Notes under the pieces: model-generated
What the model saw: only the letters and a program-made list of their open reading frames with translations
Databases searched by the model: none
What the model was told of the DNA's origin: nothing
From: Adineta vaga
Taxonomy: Eukaryota; Animalia; Rotifera
NCBI GenBank assembly: GCA_021613535.1
Contig: CP075493.1
Location: 7,254,001 to 7,318,000, forward strand
Length of the DNA stretch: 64,000 bases
Reading direction: 5' to 3'
Translations under genes and position numbers: made by a program
Shown: positions 1 through 12,832 of the stretch, one piece after another
Numbering within the stretch: position 1 is the stretch's first letter
Layout of the letters: each line of letters opens with the position of its first letter

Positions 1-300
1 TTTTATATTCTCGAAGAATCAAAGATAGACAGAAAGAGAGAGAGAAAAAAATCCCAGCCGTTCTCTCTTTTTCTCAGATTACTTACTTCTATTAAAGAGA
101 AGAAACAAAAAAAATATAGGAAGTTTGTCGATTAGCACAATAATCTAGCTGTCATGAATACGATACAGTTAGAAGTATTCAGAATAAATGTTATCTATTT
201 TATAGCAAGAAACAAAAAAGTTACATAGAGATATGTATCTTTCAAGATATTATTTATTATAGATTATTTCTTATTTCATGTCATTTTTACATGGTACATA

Positions 301-3300
301 ATGACAGCTAGTGAACATCTACCATCGGATTTCTTATGTAATCAAACGTCTTCAGCAGCCTCATGTCTATCATCAAATGTTGGTTCAATAACAGATTTTC
401 TTTTCAATTCAACACATTCCATCGAAGATATTAATGAAGAAACAATTGAAAATAGTAAATTCGAAGATATATCTGTAAGAAATTTAAAAGCAACCTTCTT
501 TTTTTGATGATGAATTTTTCCTTTTTTTTTTCAAAAGGCTTGTGAAAATGAACAACCGAGTGAATTGAATATATCGGGTAATAAAGAAAAATTAGGTCAT
601 CGTCGTGTTGATGAAACGGGCAATGTTACCTATAAACGTGTTATGGTTGACGATTTGATGAAATCATTACAAACAGGCTTGAATTGTATTCTTGGTAAAC
701 AGCATCAACCTCAACGACAAGTACTTTTTCAAGATTTTCAACAAATAGAATATCAAGATTTTCCACCGTAATTATTAGTTCATTCATTTTTCTTTGAGAA
801 AAAGATCAATTTAATTAATGAGAACAGATTTGAGATCAAAATATACTTAGTTCGACTCTGTTTTCTTTCTGATGACGTCGATGTCGAGATATTTTAGACA
901 TGTCTCGATCTCCAATGACATTAATAGATCAGAGTAGATGTTTAATTGTGCACAATAACCATCTGTCATTCTTCAGCTGCTAGGATATGTAATATACGTT
1001 GTCAATAATGTCCTAGTGTTCGATTACCATGATTAAATATTGATTTGAAAAGAAAACAAACTTTTTTAAAGAAAAATCAACAGTTTAAATCGAACTATTC
1101 CTTTGAAGGTCTTAATGTTTCATCTTTATTTAGTTGTCTAGATTAGAAACAGTAGAATTTCATTGGTTTTTTCGAATAAGGAAATTTGAATCGAATGATT
1201 ATGTCATGTGAAACGAAGAAAATCTAAAAGAATCTATTATTACCGTTAAGATCTGAAAGGAAATGTAGAAGAACGATCACAATTCACTTGACTTGACTTG
1301 ACTTGAACTTTGCTATTTCCTATTGAATTGATGAATGACATTGTCTAGCGAGGAAAATGTACAGGACATGACATTCTGTTCGTATGTATCCGGAAAATTA
1401 TATTCAACTTTTCAATTTCCCTTCAGAACTCTACTGATATATACAAGTATTTGTTATTATAGAGAAGGATCAAAATCAACACCGAAACATTCATATGCAG
1501 AATTTCGTTTGAAAACTTATGCACAAATTGCTTTTCGCTTTTTTCGTGAAGCATTCGGTGTTGATCCATCATCATTTATAGTAAGTTAGAAAACGAAATA
1601 GTTCTATTCAGTATCATTTGTTGTATGTCTAGTTATCGCTTTGTGCTAAAGATCTACGTGAATTACCAAATCCAGGTGCGAGTGGTTCGATATTTTATCT
1701 GACTGCTGATGATTCTTATATTATAAAAACAGTATCGAAAAAAGAAGCACGATTTTTATTAAGTCTTTTACCAGGTTATTATATGAATTTAACACAAAAT
1801 CCTTTTACACTTCTACCAAAATTTTTTGGTTTATTTTGTTATCAAAGTGCAAATAAAAATATTCGTTTTGTCATTATGAATAATTTAATTCCAACAAATG
1901 TTCAACTACATGAAAAATATGATTTAAAAGGTTCAATCTATAAACGTAAAGCATCCGAAGAAGAACATAAACGTGATTTACCAACATTGAAAGATAATGA
2001 TTTTAAATGTTTACATTCGCATGGAATTATATTAGAACCATTTTTTTATGATCAATTAATGCAAACAATTGAAGATGATGTTCGAGTAAATAGAATAAAA
2101 ACTGAATGATAAAAAAACACTTTTGTTTTATTTCTCTCAAGGTACTCGGTAGTTTTGGTATTATGGATTATTCATTTTTACTTGCTGTTCATAATATAAC
2201 CGAAGAAATGAAGACTACACATAAACTTACATTTCCTTTATCGAAAGAAATTACATCATTGAGTGAACCAACTTCATGCGATCTTCATACAAATCGATCG
2301 TCTAGTATACATGAAGAAATCACAACTACATCTACAGATTCGGGTATCGCTATGACAACAATATCTAAACTACCAACTTATATTCAATATTTACGTGTTA
2401 TTGAATTTATTCGTGCACAACAAGAACCTTTAAAAATAAATATCGAACGTTCTCTATCAGCGAATCCTGTTGAAACAGCAAGTATTAAAACAATGAAACC
2501 AGATTTATCACCAAAATCACCGAGAACAATAACAAATATTTCTCAATCAAAAGAGCAACGATTAAGTTTAACAAATGTTCCTACTCGTATTAGTAACAAA
2601 AGTCCAATCAATCATAGTTATAGTGCAACATCATCATTTCATATGGCAACATGCTTAATTGGAGGTGATGTTTGGTACAATCGTCAGAATCTTTCTCGTT
2701 TAGCAATGTATGTCTTTTCGTTCAAATGAAATGTTCTGGTGAGATGCAACATATATGCTTTCCTAATTGATCAAATACTTTTTCAATGAGAAGAATTTTC
2801 TTAGAAAAAATTCACAAGGAGTTTTGACGTGTAGTTTTTGTAAAACAGCACATTAAAGAATTTGGTTTCATGTAGGGCTGGTATACCAGCAGTGAATAAA
2901 AATGGTGATTTATTGTTATTATATGTTGGCATTATTGATATTTTACAAAATTATCGTTTAAGAAAAAAACTTGAACATGCATTCAAATCAACATTAGTAA
3001 CCAGGGTATGAATGAAATCGTTACTAACTTTTTCAAAAAAATATGTGAAAGTTTAATTATTTTCATCTTAGGAAGAAATATCCGTCTGTAATCCAAGTCA
3101 TTATAGTGATCGCTTTGTCAGATTTCTTTCACATAAAGTATTTCGAAAAGGTATGCTTGATTGTCTTATAAAACTTTCATCTAAGTATATATATATATAT
3201 ATATTAGGAGGTCCAAATGGTAATACCTTATTATCTGATAGTCAGTCAAATATTGATCGACTTACTGTGCATAGTAGTCGGTATGTATTCATTAATCATT

Positions 3301-3441
3301 GCCGAAACATATCTTTCTATCAAATCTTATTTTAGATTACTAAATCCATCTTCATTAGATCGTTCTCCAATGAGCGATGATGATGAGGATACATCTTCAA
3401 TAAGCAATCATAACAACGAACTACACAGTCGCAGATCTTGA
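301..3441 (+). CDS. PIP5K1: Phosphatidylinositol-4-phosphate 5-kinase type I (multi-exon)
   Basis: Spliced exons give [79 protein letters not shown] and the activation loop KKLEHAFK (Glu typical of PI4P-using type I enzymes). GT-AG introns, e.g. 475-537 and 768-1462. Start codon is the least certain part. Confidence 0.93.
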
Positions 3442-3697
3442 TTATTAATCTTCAATATTTTTTTGTTATTATTATTATTGAATTCCTTTTGTCTTTCGTT
3501 GAGTAACAATGATCTCTTGAAAAACTATCTTCTTTTAAGTACAAAATTAGCAATTGTACGTGAAATGTCTCTTTTTCTTCTGTTTGAACGATTATGCATT
3601 CATATATACAAATATTTATATTATAATAAAACTGATCTTTTTTCTACTAAAACAAAACAAAACTTCTTTTTCTCAGATATAAACAAAAAAATTGAAA

Positions 3698-6600
3698 ATG
3701 ATTTTGCTACGAAAAATTATTAAACAATCAATTCACATTCGATCAGCTAGTTGGTATGTTTTGACATTGATGTTCATTCAATCAAGATTATCATTTGGTT
3801 ATTTAGTCTTTCATTTCGAATTAATGAACTAGCACGATTTAGTGATGGAAGTGCTATTGCACAAGTGATTATTACTAATCAATATTGAATTCTTCTTGAT
3901 TCGGTTGCGTTTGTTTTTTTTTCATTAATATAGATGAATAATACAAGTGTACTAGTAACTAGTGTCAGTAAGACTAAAACGTCGTCTGCTGCTCCATCAT
4001 CATTTTTACCGTTAACGGTAAACAAAAGAATTGAGAGGAATTGTTGATTACTGTAAGAGTTCTAGGTTGATTATCGAGAAAAAGCAGCAGCTGCAGGTCG
4101 AATACCAACAAATCATTTACGACGAGAATTGGGTTTAACTGATCATGAAATTTTAACTGGAAGAATGATTGGTAAGTATCATATCGACGAGATAAGGAAT
4201 TCTTCTAGTTTTGATTTCTTTTATTATCATAGATCGTTCCATACGCCCTTTGTTTTTGAATGGTTATACTTATGATACACAAGTATTATTGACTTTTTTC
4301 TCATAATACAATAATAATTAATGAATGATTTGTACTAGTTAACATGTAATATATTATCAGTTGATGGAATGACTCAACCAGATGTATTAGCTATCAATGC
4401 AGGTATATGAAATATCTAGTACAATGAACTTAGCTTCGATTTATTCAGCTCTATTCGAATGTACTTTTATGATTTGGAAAAAAAACATCAATTTTCTTTG
4501 TTTTTAGCTTCAGCATCATTGGCAACATCTGACATTCCATGGAATGGACCTATTGGTAAATGATTTGGCTTTAATTATTTTCTTCAATTAACATCTTTTT
4601 AGCTGCTGTTCGTGTTGGTTCAATTGATGGTCAATTTATTGCTAATCCTTCACGTGAACAAATGCAAAAAAGTGATTTGAATCTAGTTGTATCCGTAAAT
4701 TCGAAAGGAGAGCTCGGTAAAAGGAAACAAATGAATTTAGTTATCTCAATTAGAATATTTCATATTGTTTTAGTGATGATTGATGCATCAGCAAATCGTT
4801 TATCTGATGAAAAATTCTTTTCCGCCTTACAATTTAGTGTTGAATGTTGTCTTCCAATCATTGATCAAATTAAAAATCTTTCAAGTAAAACAAAACGTAC
4901 TAATATTGAATTACAAAAATTTGATCCATTGCTCGTCGAAAAACTGACAACATTGTCCTCTGATCGTCTTTTGAAGATTTTTACTGATTCCACCTTAGAT
5001 AAAATTGCTCGTGATACAGCCGTTACTCTTGTTCGACAAGAAGTTTTCAATGAAATTCTTACGGAACAAGAAACGTCTTCACTTAATCTAACAGATACAT
5101 TTACCTATGTTGTGAAACGAGTCTTTCGTAATTTAATTTTGGAACGATCGCATCGATGTGATGGTCGATCATTCGATCAATTACGTCCAATTAATTGTCA
5201 AATTAATCTTTATGAACCATTACATGGTTCTGCTTTGTTTCAACGAGGTCAAACTCAAGTTTTATGTACAGTCGCATTTGATGCACTTGATTCTCAATAT
5301 CGTCATAATGAATTGGCTTGGCGAACAGGAATTAAACGTAAACCATTTATACTTCATTATGAATTTCCACCATATGCAACAAATGAAATCGGACGAACAT
5401 ATGGAAGAGCTGATCGAAGAGAACTAGGTCATGGTGCTTTAGCAGAAAAAGGTGTTGAGCCAGTTGTACCTAATGAATTACCATTTATGATTCGTTTAAC
5501 ATCGGAAGTCTTAGAATCGAATGGTTCATCATCAATGGCAAGTGTATGTGCGGCAAGTTTAGCATTGATGGATGCAGGTATATTTGAACAAAATTATATT
5601 CCCATAGATATTCGAATAAATCATTTGTTGTTTCTTCTATAGGTATAAAAATTCATGAACCAGTTGCTGGTGTTGCTATTGGACTCGTTTCGAAATGTAC
5701 TGAAGATGGTTCAATTACTGATTATCGTGTATTAACAGATATTTTAGTGCGTATTTAATATAAATGAGTAAATTTGAGTTCTATTTTATTTTATTTTATA
5801 TGTTAGGGTATTGAAGATTATATGGGCGATACAGATTTTAAAGTCGCTGGTACACGTAATAGTATTACTGCATTACAAGTCATTCAATTTATCCTAGAAA
5901 AGAATATTTTAACTTCTTTTTTTGTTTTTGATAGGCTGATATAAAAAACATGGAAGGTTTACCGTTGAACATTGTACAAGAAGCTTTGCGAGCAGCTCGA
6001 GGTAAAATGTGAATACTTTGACGATTTTCATTTGAAAATTTATTGTTTGTTTAGATGCTCGTTGTAAAATAATTGATATTATGAATACAGCAATCAAAGA
6101 ACCAAAACAAACGAAAAAATATAATACACCGGAAATAGAAACATTAACTATTCCAAGTCATAAACGTGGACGTTTTCTCGGTATTGGAGGAATTAATTTA
6201 AAGAAAATCTTAGCACAAACTGGTTAGTAAAGATTAGATTTAGTTATTTTTATGATTTATTTATTAAATTTAGGTGTAACAATCTCACCGATCGATGAGA
6301 TTTCCTATTCGATATTTGCTCCAAATAAAGATGCTTTAAATGAAGCAAAACAAATCATTGAGAAACTTTTAGAAGAAATGAAAGAACCAGAACTTGAATT
6401 TGGTGGAATTTATACTGGTAAAATTGTTGAAATACGTTCAAATGGTGTTCTTATACAATTATATCCAACAATGTCACCAGTTCTATTACCCAATTCACAA
6501 CTCGATCGTCGAAAGGTCATCTATTTTTATCTAATTTATTGAGATTTTCAAATTCTTTTCTTTTTCTCAATCTTAGATTGATCATCCAAGTGCATTAGGT

Positions 6601-6810
6601 TTGAATGTTGGTGATGATTTACAAGTCAAATATTTCGGTCGTGATCCTGTCTCAGGTACCATGCGTCTTTCACGAAAAATTCTTCTCAGTACTGGTGGTG
6701 TTGGACCTGTACGAAATTTAATTTCAACAGAAAAAGATGAGAAACGCCCTGGAATATGGGATACTGGATCATCAAAAACATCATCTACTGATGATAAAAA
6801 GAAATTGTGA
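3698..6810 (+). CDS. PNPT1: Polyribonucleotide nucleotidyltransferase 1 (mitochondrial PNPase), multi-exon
   Basis: Basic transit-peptide-like N-terminus [16 protein letters not shown], then [101 protein letters not shown] and S1 domains; TGA at 6808-6810. Confidence 0.96.
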
Positions 6811-7476
6811 ACATGTGTTTTTGTTTCTTCATCAAGATTAATAAATCAATGATGAAATTTTCTAATGAATAGAAAACCTAAAATAACTAGAAGATATTTT
6901 TCGATAAATGTCAAATATAAATGTTTTTAATTCATATAGCATTATACAATCTTTCAGTGAATGTTTCTTATCATCACTGATAGACAAACTTTTAACTCTA
7001 TTTTAATCTCTCCATGAATCATATGACCTCTAATTCAGTATTTTAAAGTATACATAGGATGAATAAATATATTCTTTGTCAGATCTTTCATCATTTGTCA
7101 TAGGAGAAAATATTTGATGTTAATTTTCTTTCTATGCTATGAAAGATATTTTCGACATGAAAATTAATAGCATCACGTGTCCGTATTGATTTTTGATTTA
7201 TTTTTTTTGCAGATGATGAATTGATAACGCAAACTGATTGTATTCGTTTCATTTTACAATATATAACTATGTCAATAAACTTTTTTCGCATTTCATTTTG
7301 ATTAAAAAAACGCTAGACTATGTAAATAGACTTAAACATTCCGTCACCTATTTTCTTTTATGCTGACGTTGATTGTCGTTGCTAAGATTAATCGATGTTT
7401 AGAAAAAAACATAAACGTTTAAATAAAATGTTTCTAACAGCAACTTTTACTTGAAAATAGTACGTTCGATGTTTAA

Positions 7477-7640
7477 CCCTTTACGGCCGGCTACCAGAAA
7501 ACAACAAGCAAAAAGTTATCTTTCTATATATTCTTTGTTGTTTAGTTATAGGGATCAATTTTTCACGGTCGACTTTTTAAAAAATGCCGTACCCCCTACG
7601 GCAAAATTGTTGCTTTTTGGCAACACTCGGCCGTAAAGGG
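7477..7640. mobile_element. Non-autonomous piggyBac-type element (MITE), 164 bp
   Basis: Perfect 13-bp TIRs CCCTTTACGGCCG (7477-7489) / CGGCCGTAAAGGG (7628-7640), TTAA on both sides (7473-7476, 7641-7644), plus an 18-bp subterminal inverted repeat matching 14/18. No transposase. Confidence 0.88.
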
Positions 7641-8061
7641 TTAACTAGATTAGTTAGAGCATAGGATTTTCTCTTGACCTTTTCGATTGCATCATATTTG
7701 ATTCAATAGATTGGAAAAAAGGGAATAAAATTTACATATTTTTCATTTTCTGTCATATATGATTAAAGCAGATGGTAGATGTTGGAATGGGATGTCGAAT
7801 AATTACTTCAAGTGTCTTGTTTTTTTCTATCGAAAGAAAAATTTTCATATTAAAAAGTAAAATGGGTAAACGAAGAAAAAAACGAATGAGTTACGTCAAG
7901 AATGAAATAAATAATTTTTTCCCGGGTTCTTTAATGTAAACGCCTTCGGAATTTTGCCCCGTTGTATTTTATTATTTGACGACTGAGTATATACTAGACG
8001 CGAAAGAGCAACCGTGCATAGTCACATATTAAATCTGTCGTCATCATTTGCCTCTTGCAAA

Positions 8062-8076
8062 CGAATCTTCGAGAAA
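8062..8076 (+). promoter_or_regulatory. Consensus heat-shock element upstream of the MKP gene
   Basis: cGAAtcTTCgaGAAa matches nGAAnnTTCnnGAAn exactly, ~600 bp upstream of a TATA-like run near 8660-8673; CRE-like sites nearby (TTACGTCA ~7891, TGACGCCA 8582). Confidence 0.4.
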
Positions 8077-9245
8077 CAAATATACGAGCCCATCAACAAG
8101 TGACACATACGGAGCAAACTGCGTTTCTTATTTGGATACTCAAGAAGAAGAAGAACGAGAAGAGAAAACAAGGTATTTATAATGACGTTATCAAAAGAGG
8201 CAAAAGCAAACGAAAGAATTTTCGTTTTACTTAGTATGGGTATAAGAAAAAAGCAAAAAGAACTTGATTGATTACTGGATTTAGTAGATAGATAGAAAGA
8301 AAACGTGTACGCGCCTCGTGATCAATATCATTTGCCTCGAATGTATTGTAATTATAAGTAACGCAATACGATTTATATTATATTGGTAACATTATAGGAC
8401 ACAGAGTAATTTTTTTTGTCCAGATTAATATTGGCTGTGGCAGCCTGACAAAATAAATGTAATTCAAAGCATTGGAGATGTAAGTTTTTATATTTCAAAA
8501 CTATCAATCAAGTCACTGACTTTCTTCTCTTTTTTCTTTATCTCACACAAAAAAAGCATGAAATACTTTCTTTACGAAATATGACGCCATATATCGAGAT
8601 ATTCAGGTGATAACTTAATGTAAGGAATATGGTTTCTATAGAAAAGAAAAAGAGGGTTATATATATATATAAAGCTCACAAGTATTCAAATATTATCATT
8701 CCTAGCTGTATTTCTATACGTTTAAATCTTTTTTATACATCAAATATTTGCAGTAGACTTCGATTATTCATAATCAACAACATTTTATTCAGATAAAGAA
8801 AAGAAAATACAAGGTACGTACTGACTACATTAATTCATTAAGAGAAGAAACTTTATTATTTCGTCTATTTCGATCATGTACATGTACGACATCTATTTTT
8901 AACATTGAAAAATCTAAGAATACTATATATGATTAAAATAAATCTTATTTTATTCGAGAATAATTATTGATGATTATTGATAAATTAGTTTACGATATGA
9001 GTTTTCATTGTTTTCTTTCTTGCCCTTGATAAGTCTATACAAATATAAATATAAATAAATATATATATATATTGCATTCGTTTTTGTAATAAACAAATAA
9101 TATGTCAAGAGAGAAGAAAAAAACAAATATAGAGAAAAAAAAACGAAAGTCTACTTTTTATCAAGACGAAGAATCGAATTTAGCGTGAGTAAGAATATCG
9201 AATATAAACATTTGAAAACGTTTATCTTTTTCTTTTTCTCAAGGT

Positions 9246-10841
9246 ATGAATCGTTTTAATAATCAGTATATTTTGGCAGAAAAACCTATGAATACATTTC
9301 CTAACGCCGAGAAATCTACTAAAACTACGACAACAACAGGAAGTATAACAAAAAGAGCACCTTTATCTAAAGCTTACAGTTGTTCGGATGCATCACCATC
9401 GCATTCATCTGGTACTTGTGATTTTATTACTCCGAAAGAATTTGTTGAATTAGTTTCTCAAAAATCCAATAGTCAAGATGTTCCTATTCTTGATTGTCGT
9501 TCACAAATGGATTTCGGTTGTGAACGAATACGTTCGTCACATAATATTAATTGTCGAACGAAAATCATGGCGAGAAAATTAACTTCCAAACGTTTAGAGG
9601 ATGTCGAACCGACTCTATCTTCATCTTTACATAATTCTGATCTTGTTATTCTATATGATCAATCAACAGATGCTCCAGGAGAAGATAAAATTCGTTCTCT
9701 TCCTATCAATCTTGTTGTACAAGCTGCACAGAAATCAAACAAGAGAGTACAAATTATTCAAGGTAAACGATACAATTCAATAGATGACATTGAAATTAAC
9801 CATGCATTTCTTTTAGGAGGTTTAGATGCAATTAAAACTGAATTTCCACATTTAATTGAATGTCCACCAGAAGCATCGAGCGCTATAACTGATGATGGTC
9901 TACCTCCACTACCACCCAGTCCCGATGCGATCGATAAGGAAAATATTGTTATGACAGAAATTATTCCACATATATTTATTGGTACGTACACCTTTTCTTT
10001 GCAATGAAATAAACCTTATCGGAAAACCAAAAAAAAAATAAATAAGAACGACGTAGATTGATGGATAAAAAGATTCTTATTCAGATAATGAGTCATTCAA
10101 ACAATAATGAGATAAAAAATAAAAACAAGATATTTTCTTTTCGTTTGTTTCTGTCAAAAATTCAAGATTAGAATGACATTAACAAGAAAATATGTTGATA
10201 AATAAACATGAGAAGAATTCTTTTTCTAGGTAATTTATGTGACGCACAAAATCTCGATCGATTAACAGAGCATGGTATAACACATATTATTAATTGCACA
10301 CCTGATTTACCTTTCTTTTGGGAAAAGAAACATGAATGTTTGCGTATTGATGTGCTCGATTTACCATCACAAAATATTCGAAAACATTTCGAAAGTGCCA
10401 TAGATTTTATCGGTTTGTCTTGTTTTTGGATAATTTCATTTGATTGAACTCAATCTTTTTCTATCCTATATAGACAAAGCATTACAAACGAATGGTAATA
10501 TTCTTGTTCATTGTTCCGCTGGAATTAGTCGTAGTCCTACATTAGTACTTGCATATTTAATGAAAAAAAATCAGTGGAGTTTAGATCAAGCATTTGGAAA
10601 AATGAGAAAATTACGTCAAATAGTTGATCCAAATGTAAGTTTTATTCTTCAATTACGTGAATGGGAAAAATGTCTCATGTTAAATGCATCATCATCATCA
10701 TCATCAACTGAAATGAATGAAGAGAACTCAGGAGCTACAAGCAGATCAACATCAGCAACATATTGTGGATCAACATCGAAAACTAAAGTTGAAACAAAAA
10801 CACGTCCAACTAGTACAGATGCACCAATAACTGTCAATTAA
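9246..10841 (+). CDS. Dual-specificity MAP kinase phosphatase (rhodanese + DSP domains; MKP5/DUSP10-like)
   Basis: Exons 9246-9762, 9817-9981, 10230-10412, 10474-10841; rhodanese/CH2 motifs ILDCRS...RIRSSHNINC and LVILYD; catalytic VHCSAGISRS and AYLM; 5'UTR intron 8814-9243. Confidence 0.92.
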
Positions 10842-11280
10842 TAATTGAACAATGAAAATGTTTCGTCGAATATCTCAAGAACAATCAATATCAGCAAAAT
10901 TAGCTGATGAAAAAAAAATAATCAATAATGCAATTGTTTCTTTCTTTTTCCTCTTTTTAAATATGTATATATCTATATACTAATTAATGATTCTTATCAA
11001 AAGAGAAAGCTGAATATCAGTTTTTTCTCAAAAAGAAACATATATTTACAAATTGAGCAGCATTCTTTCTCTTTCTTGCGCGCGCTTCTTTCTTGTCTTC
11101 CATATCTTCTTTTTATATGATTTCATGTGATTGTTTGTTTTCTTTCTTCGACTCTGTAACGATTGATCTATTTTTGTATATTCTTTTGGTAAGGTAATAG
11201 TAAAGTTCAATACTATTGTACTTACTTTTATGTCAATGTCTTATGATTTATATTTAATCATCAGGACGATATTTCCTCTC

Positions 11281-11305
11281 CTTCTTCTTCTTCTTCTTCT
11301 TCTTC
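11281..11305. repeat. (CTT)n microsatellite
   Basis: About 8 tandem CTT units, downstream of the MKP stop. Confidence 0.9.
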
Positions 11306-12832
11306 GTTTTTTTCTTTTCTTTTCTTCGTCTCCTTATTGTGCTCAAAGATATATGTACGGTGATTAGATCAAAAAAAAACTATTGATACTATCTTTTTTT
11401 CCTGATTGAAGGTGATGAATAATAAGTGGAACAAGAGGAGTGGTCTGTTGACGCGACCGATGAACGTGAGAATAGTAGAACAAAAAAAAAACAAATAAAA
11501 TGTTACATTTATTAACTAATTAACTAAATCAAGATGACGATTGTATTGTACATGTGTTGAGAATTCATGATAACATTCAATCAGTGATTTCTATGAGATA
11601 GAATAGTCAGACAAAAGTGTATGTCGCTTGAATAATTTTCGATAGGGATCTAAATTTTTTTTTCTTTCCTTTTTTAACTAATGAACAAGAAAAAATGAAG
11701 TATCTGACGTAGACATCAGATGTTTATTAGTATATGAAGAATACTTACGGTTTAGAAGAGAACTTCTATCGTCATGATGTAATATTTTGCCAAGAAAAAA
11801 TTAATTAAAAAGAATGTATCAATTTAAATTAAATGGATGTTTAAAATTGCACATCGATATGTTTTCTTTTTTTCTTGTTATGCATATATTTTTTCTCGAT
11901 ATAATAAATCATATTTAATATGCACCTATTATAACCGTACTATTACTGAAAATAATTGATGTGTTTTTCTTTTCATTCTGTCATAAATATTAGCAGCTTT
12001 ATTTTTATGAGATTTTATTTCTCCTCATTAATGAATACAATCGAACTATTAACTCGAACGCGATTAGAAAGCTAAGTAATGAAGGTATTCGTATCGACTT
12101 ATCTATCTTACGGGAAAGACACTTTTCATTCGCGTTTGTGAATATCTTTTTCTATCAAATAAATTGATATATATCATCTTCAAACTGTCATAACAAGAAT
12201 AAAGAAGAAAAAAAAATCAGAAGGAGAAGGATACGAATATGTATCTATATGAAAAATATTGATCACGGTTATTTGTAGATATAATTTGAAGGTTGAAAAA
12301 AAAATATACACAAGATACGCTTATTGGTTTCGTTGATCAACATTCATTTCTTCTATTTTCAATAAAACTCAATTGATATACAATAATGTATGCAGCGTAA
12401 ATGATGAATATAACAGGTCAGTTCGGTTAAGTTCAATTTTACTCGAAAGTTTTTTTTCGACGGGATAGTTTAAAGCGTTCAGTCAACCGCATCTCGCCAC
12501 GATGAATAAACGAATGAATATGAATGTCATCTATAACAAATAGAATAGTTTTGACGTTCGATTTCACATGTCTATGTGTATGCATGTATATATTTTTTTT
12601 CCTCTTTATTCATTTGTTTATTGGTTTCTTGTTTAATGAAACAAAAAAGAACCGACCGTATCGAATGACGTATCAAGACAAAGTTAACTATATGTCTATG
12701 TTTTTTTTCCTCGACACATATTCATTATTCTTATTCGTAACAATCAGAATAATATTAATAAAATATTAAACCTATTGGATAGAGAAAACGATCAGATCAT
12801 TTCTGTTTTTATTTTCTTCATATTTATAGAAT

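Noticed and set aside
155-262. Possible upstream PIP5K exons joined by 28-31 nt GT-AG introns (similar 27-nt candidate at 43809-43835)
   Set aside because: Much shorter than the well-supported introns here and adds no conserved sequence; likely chance.
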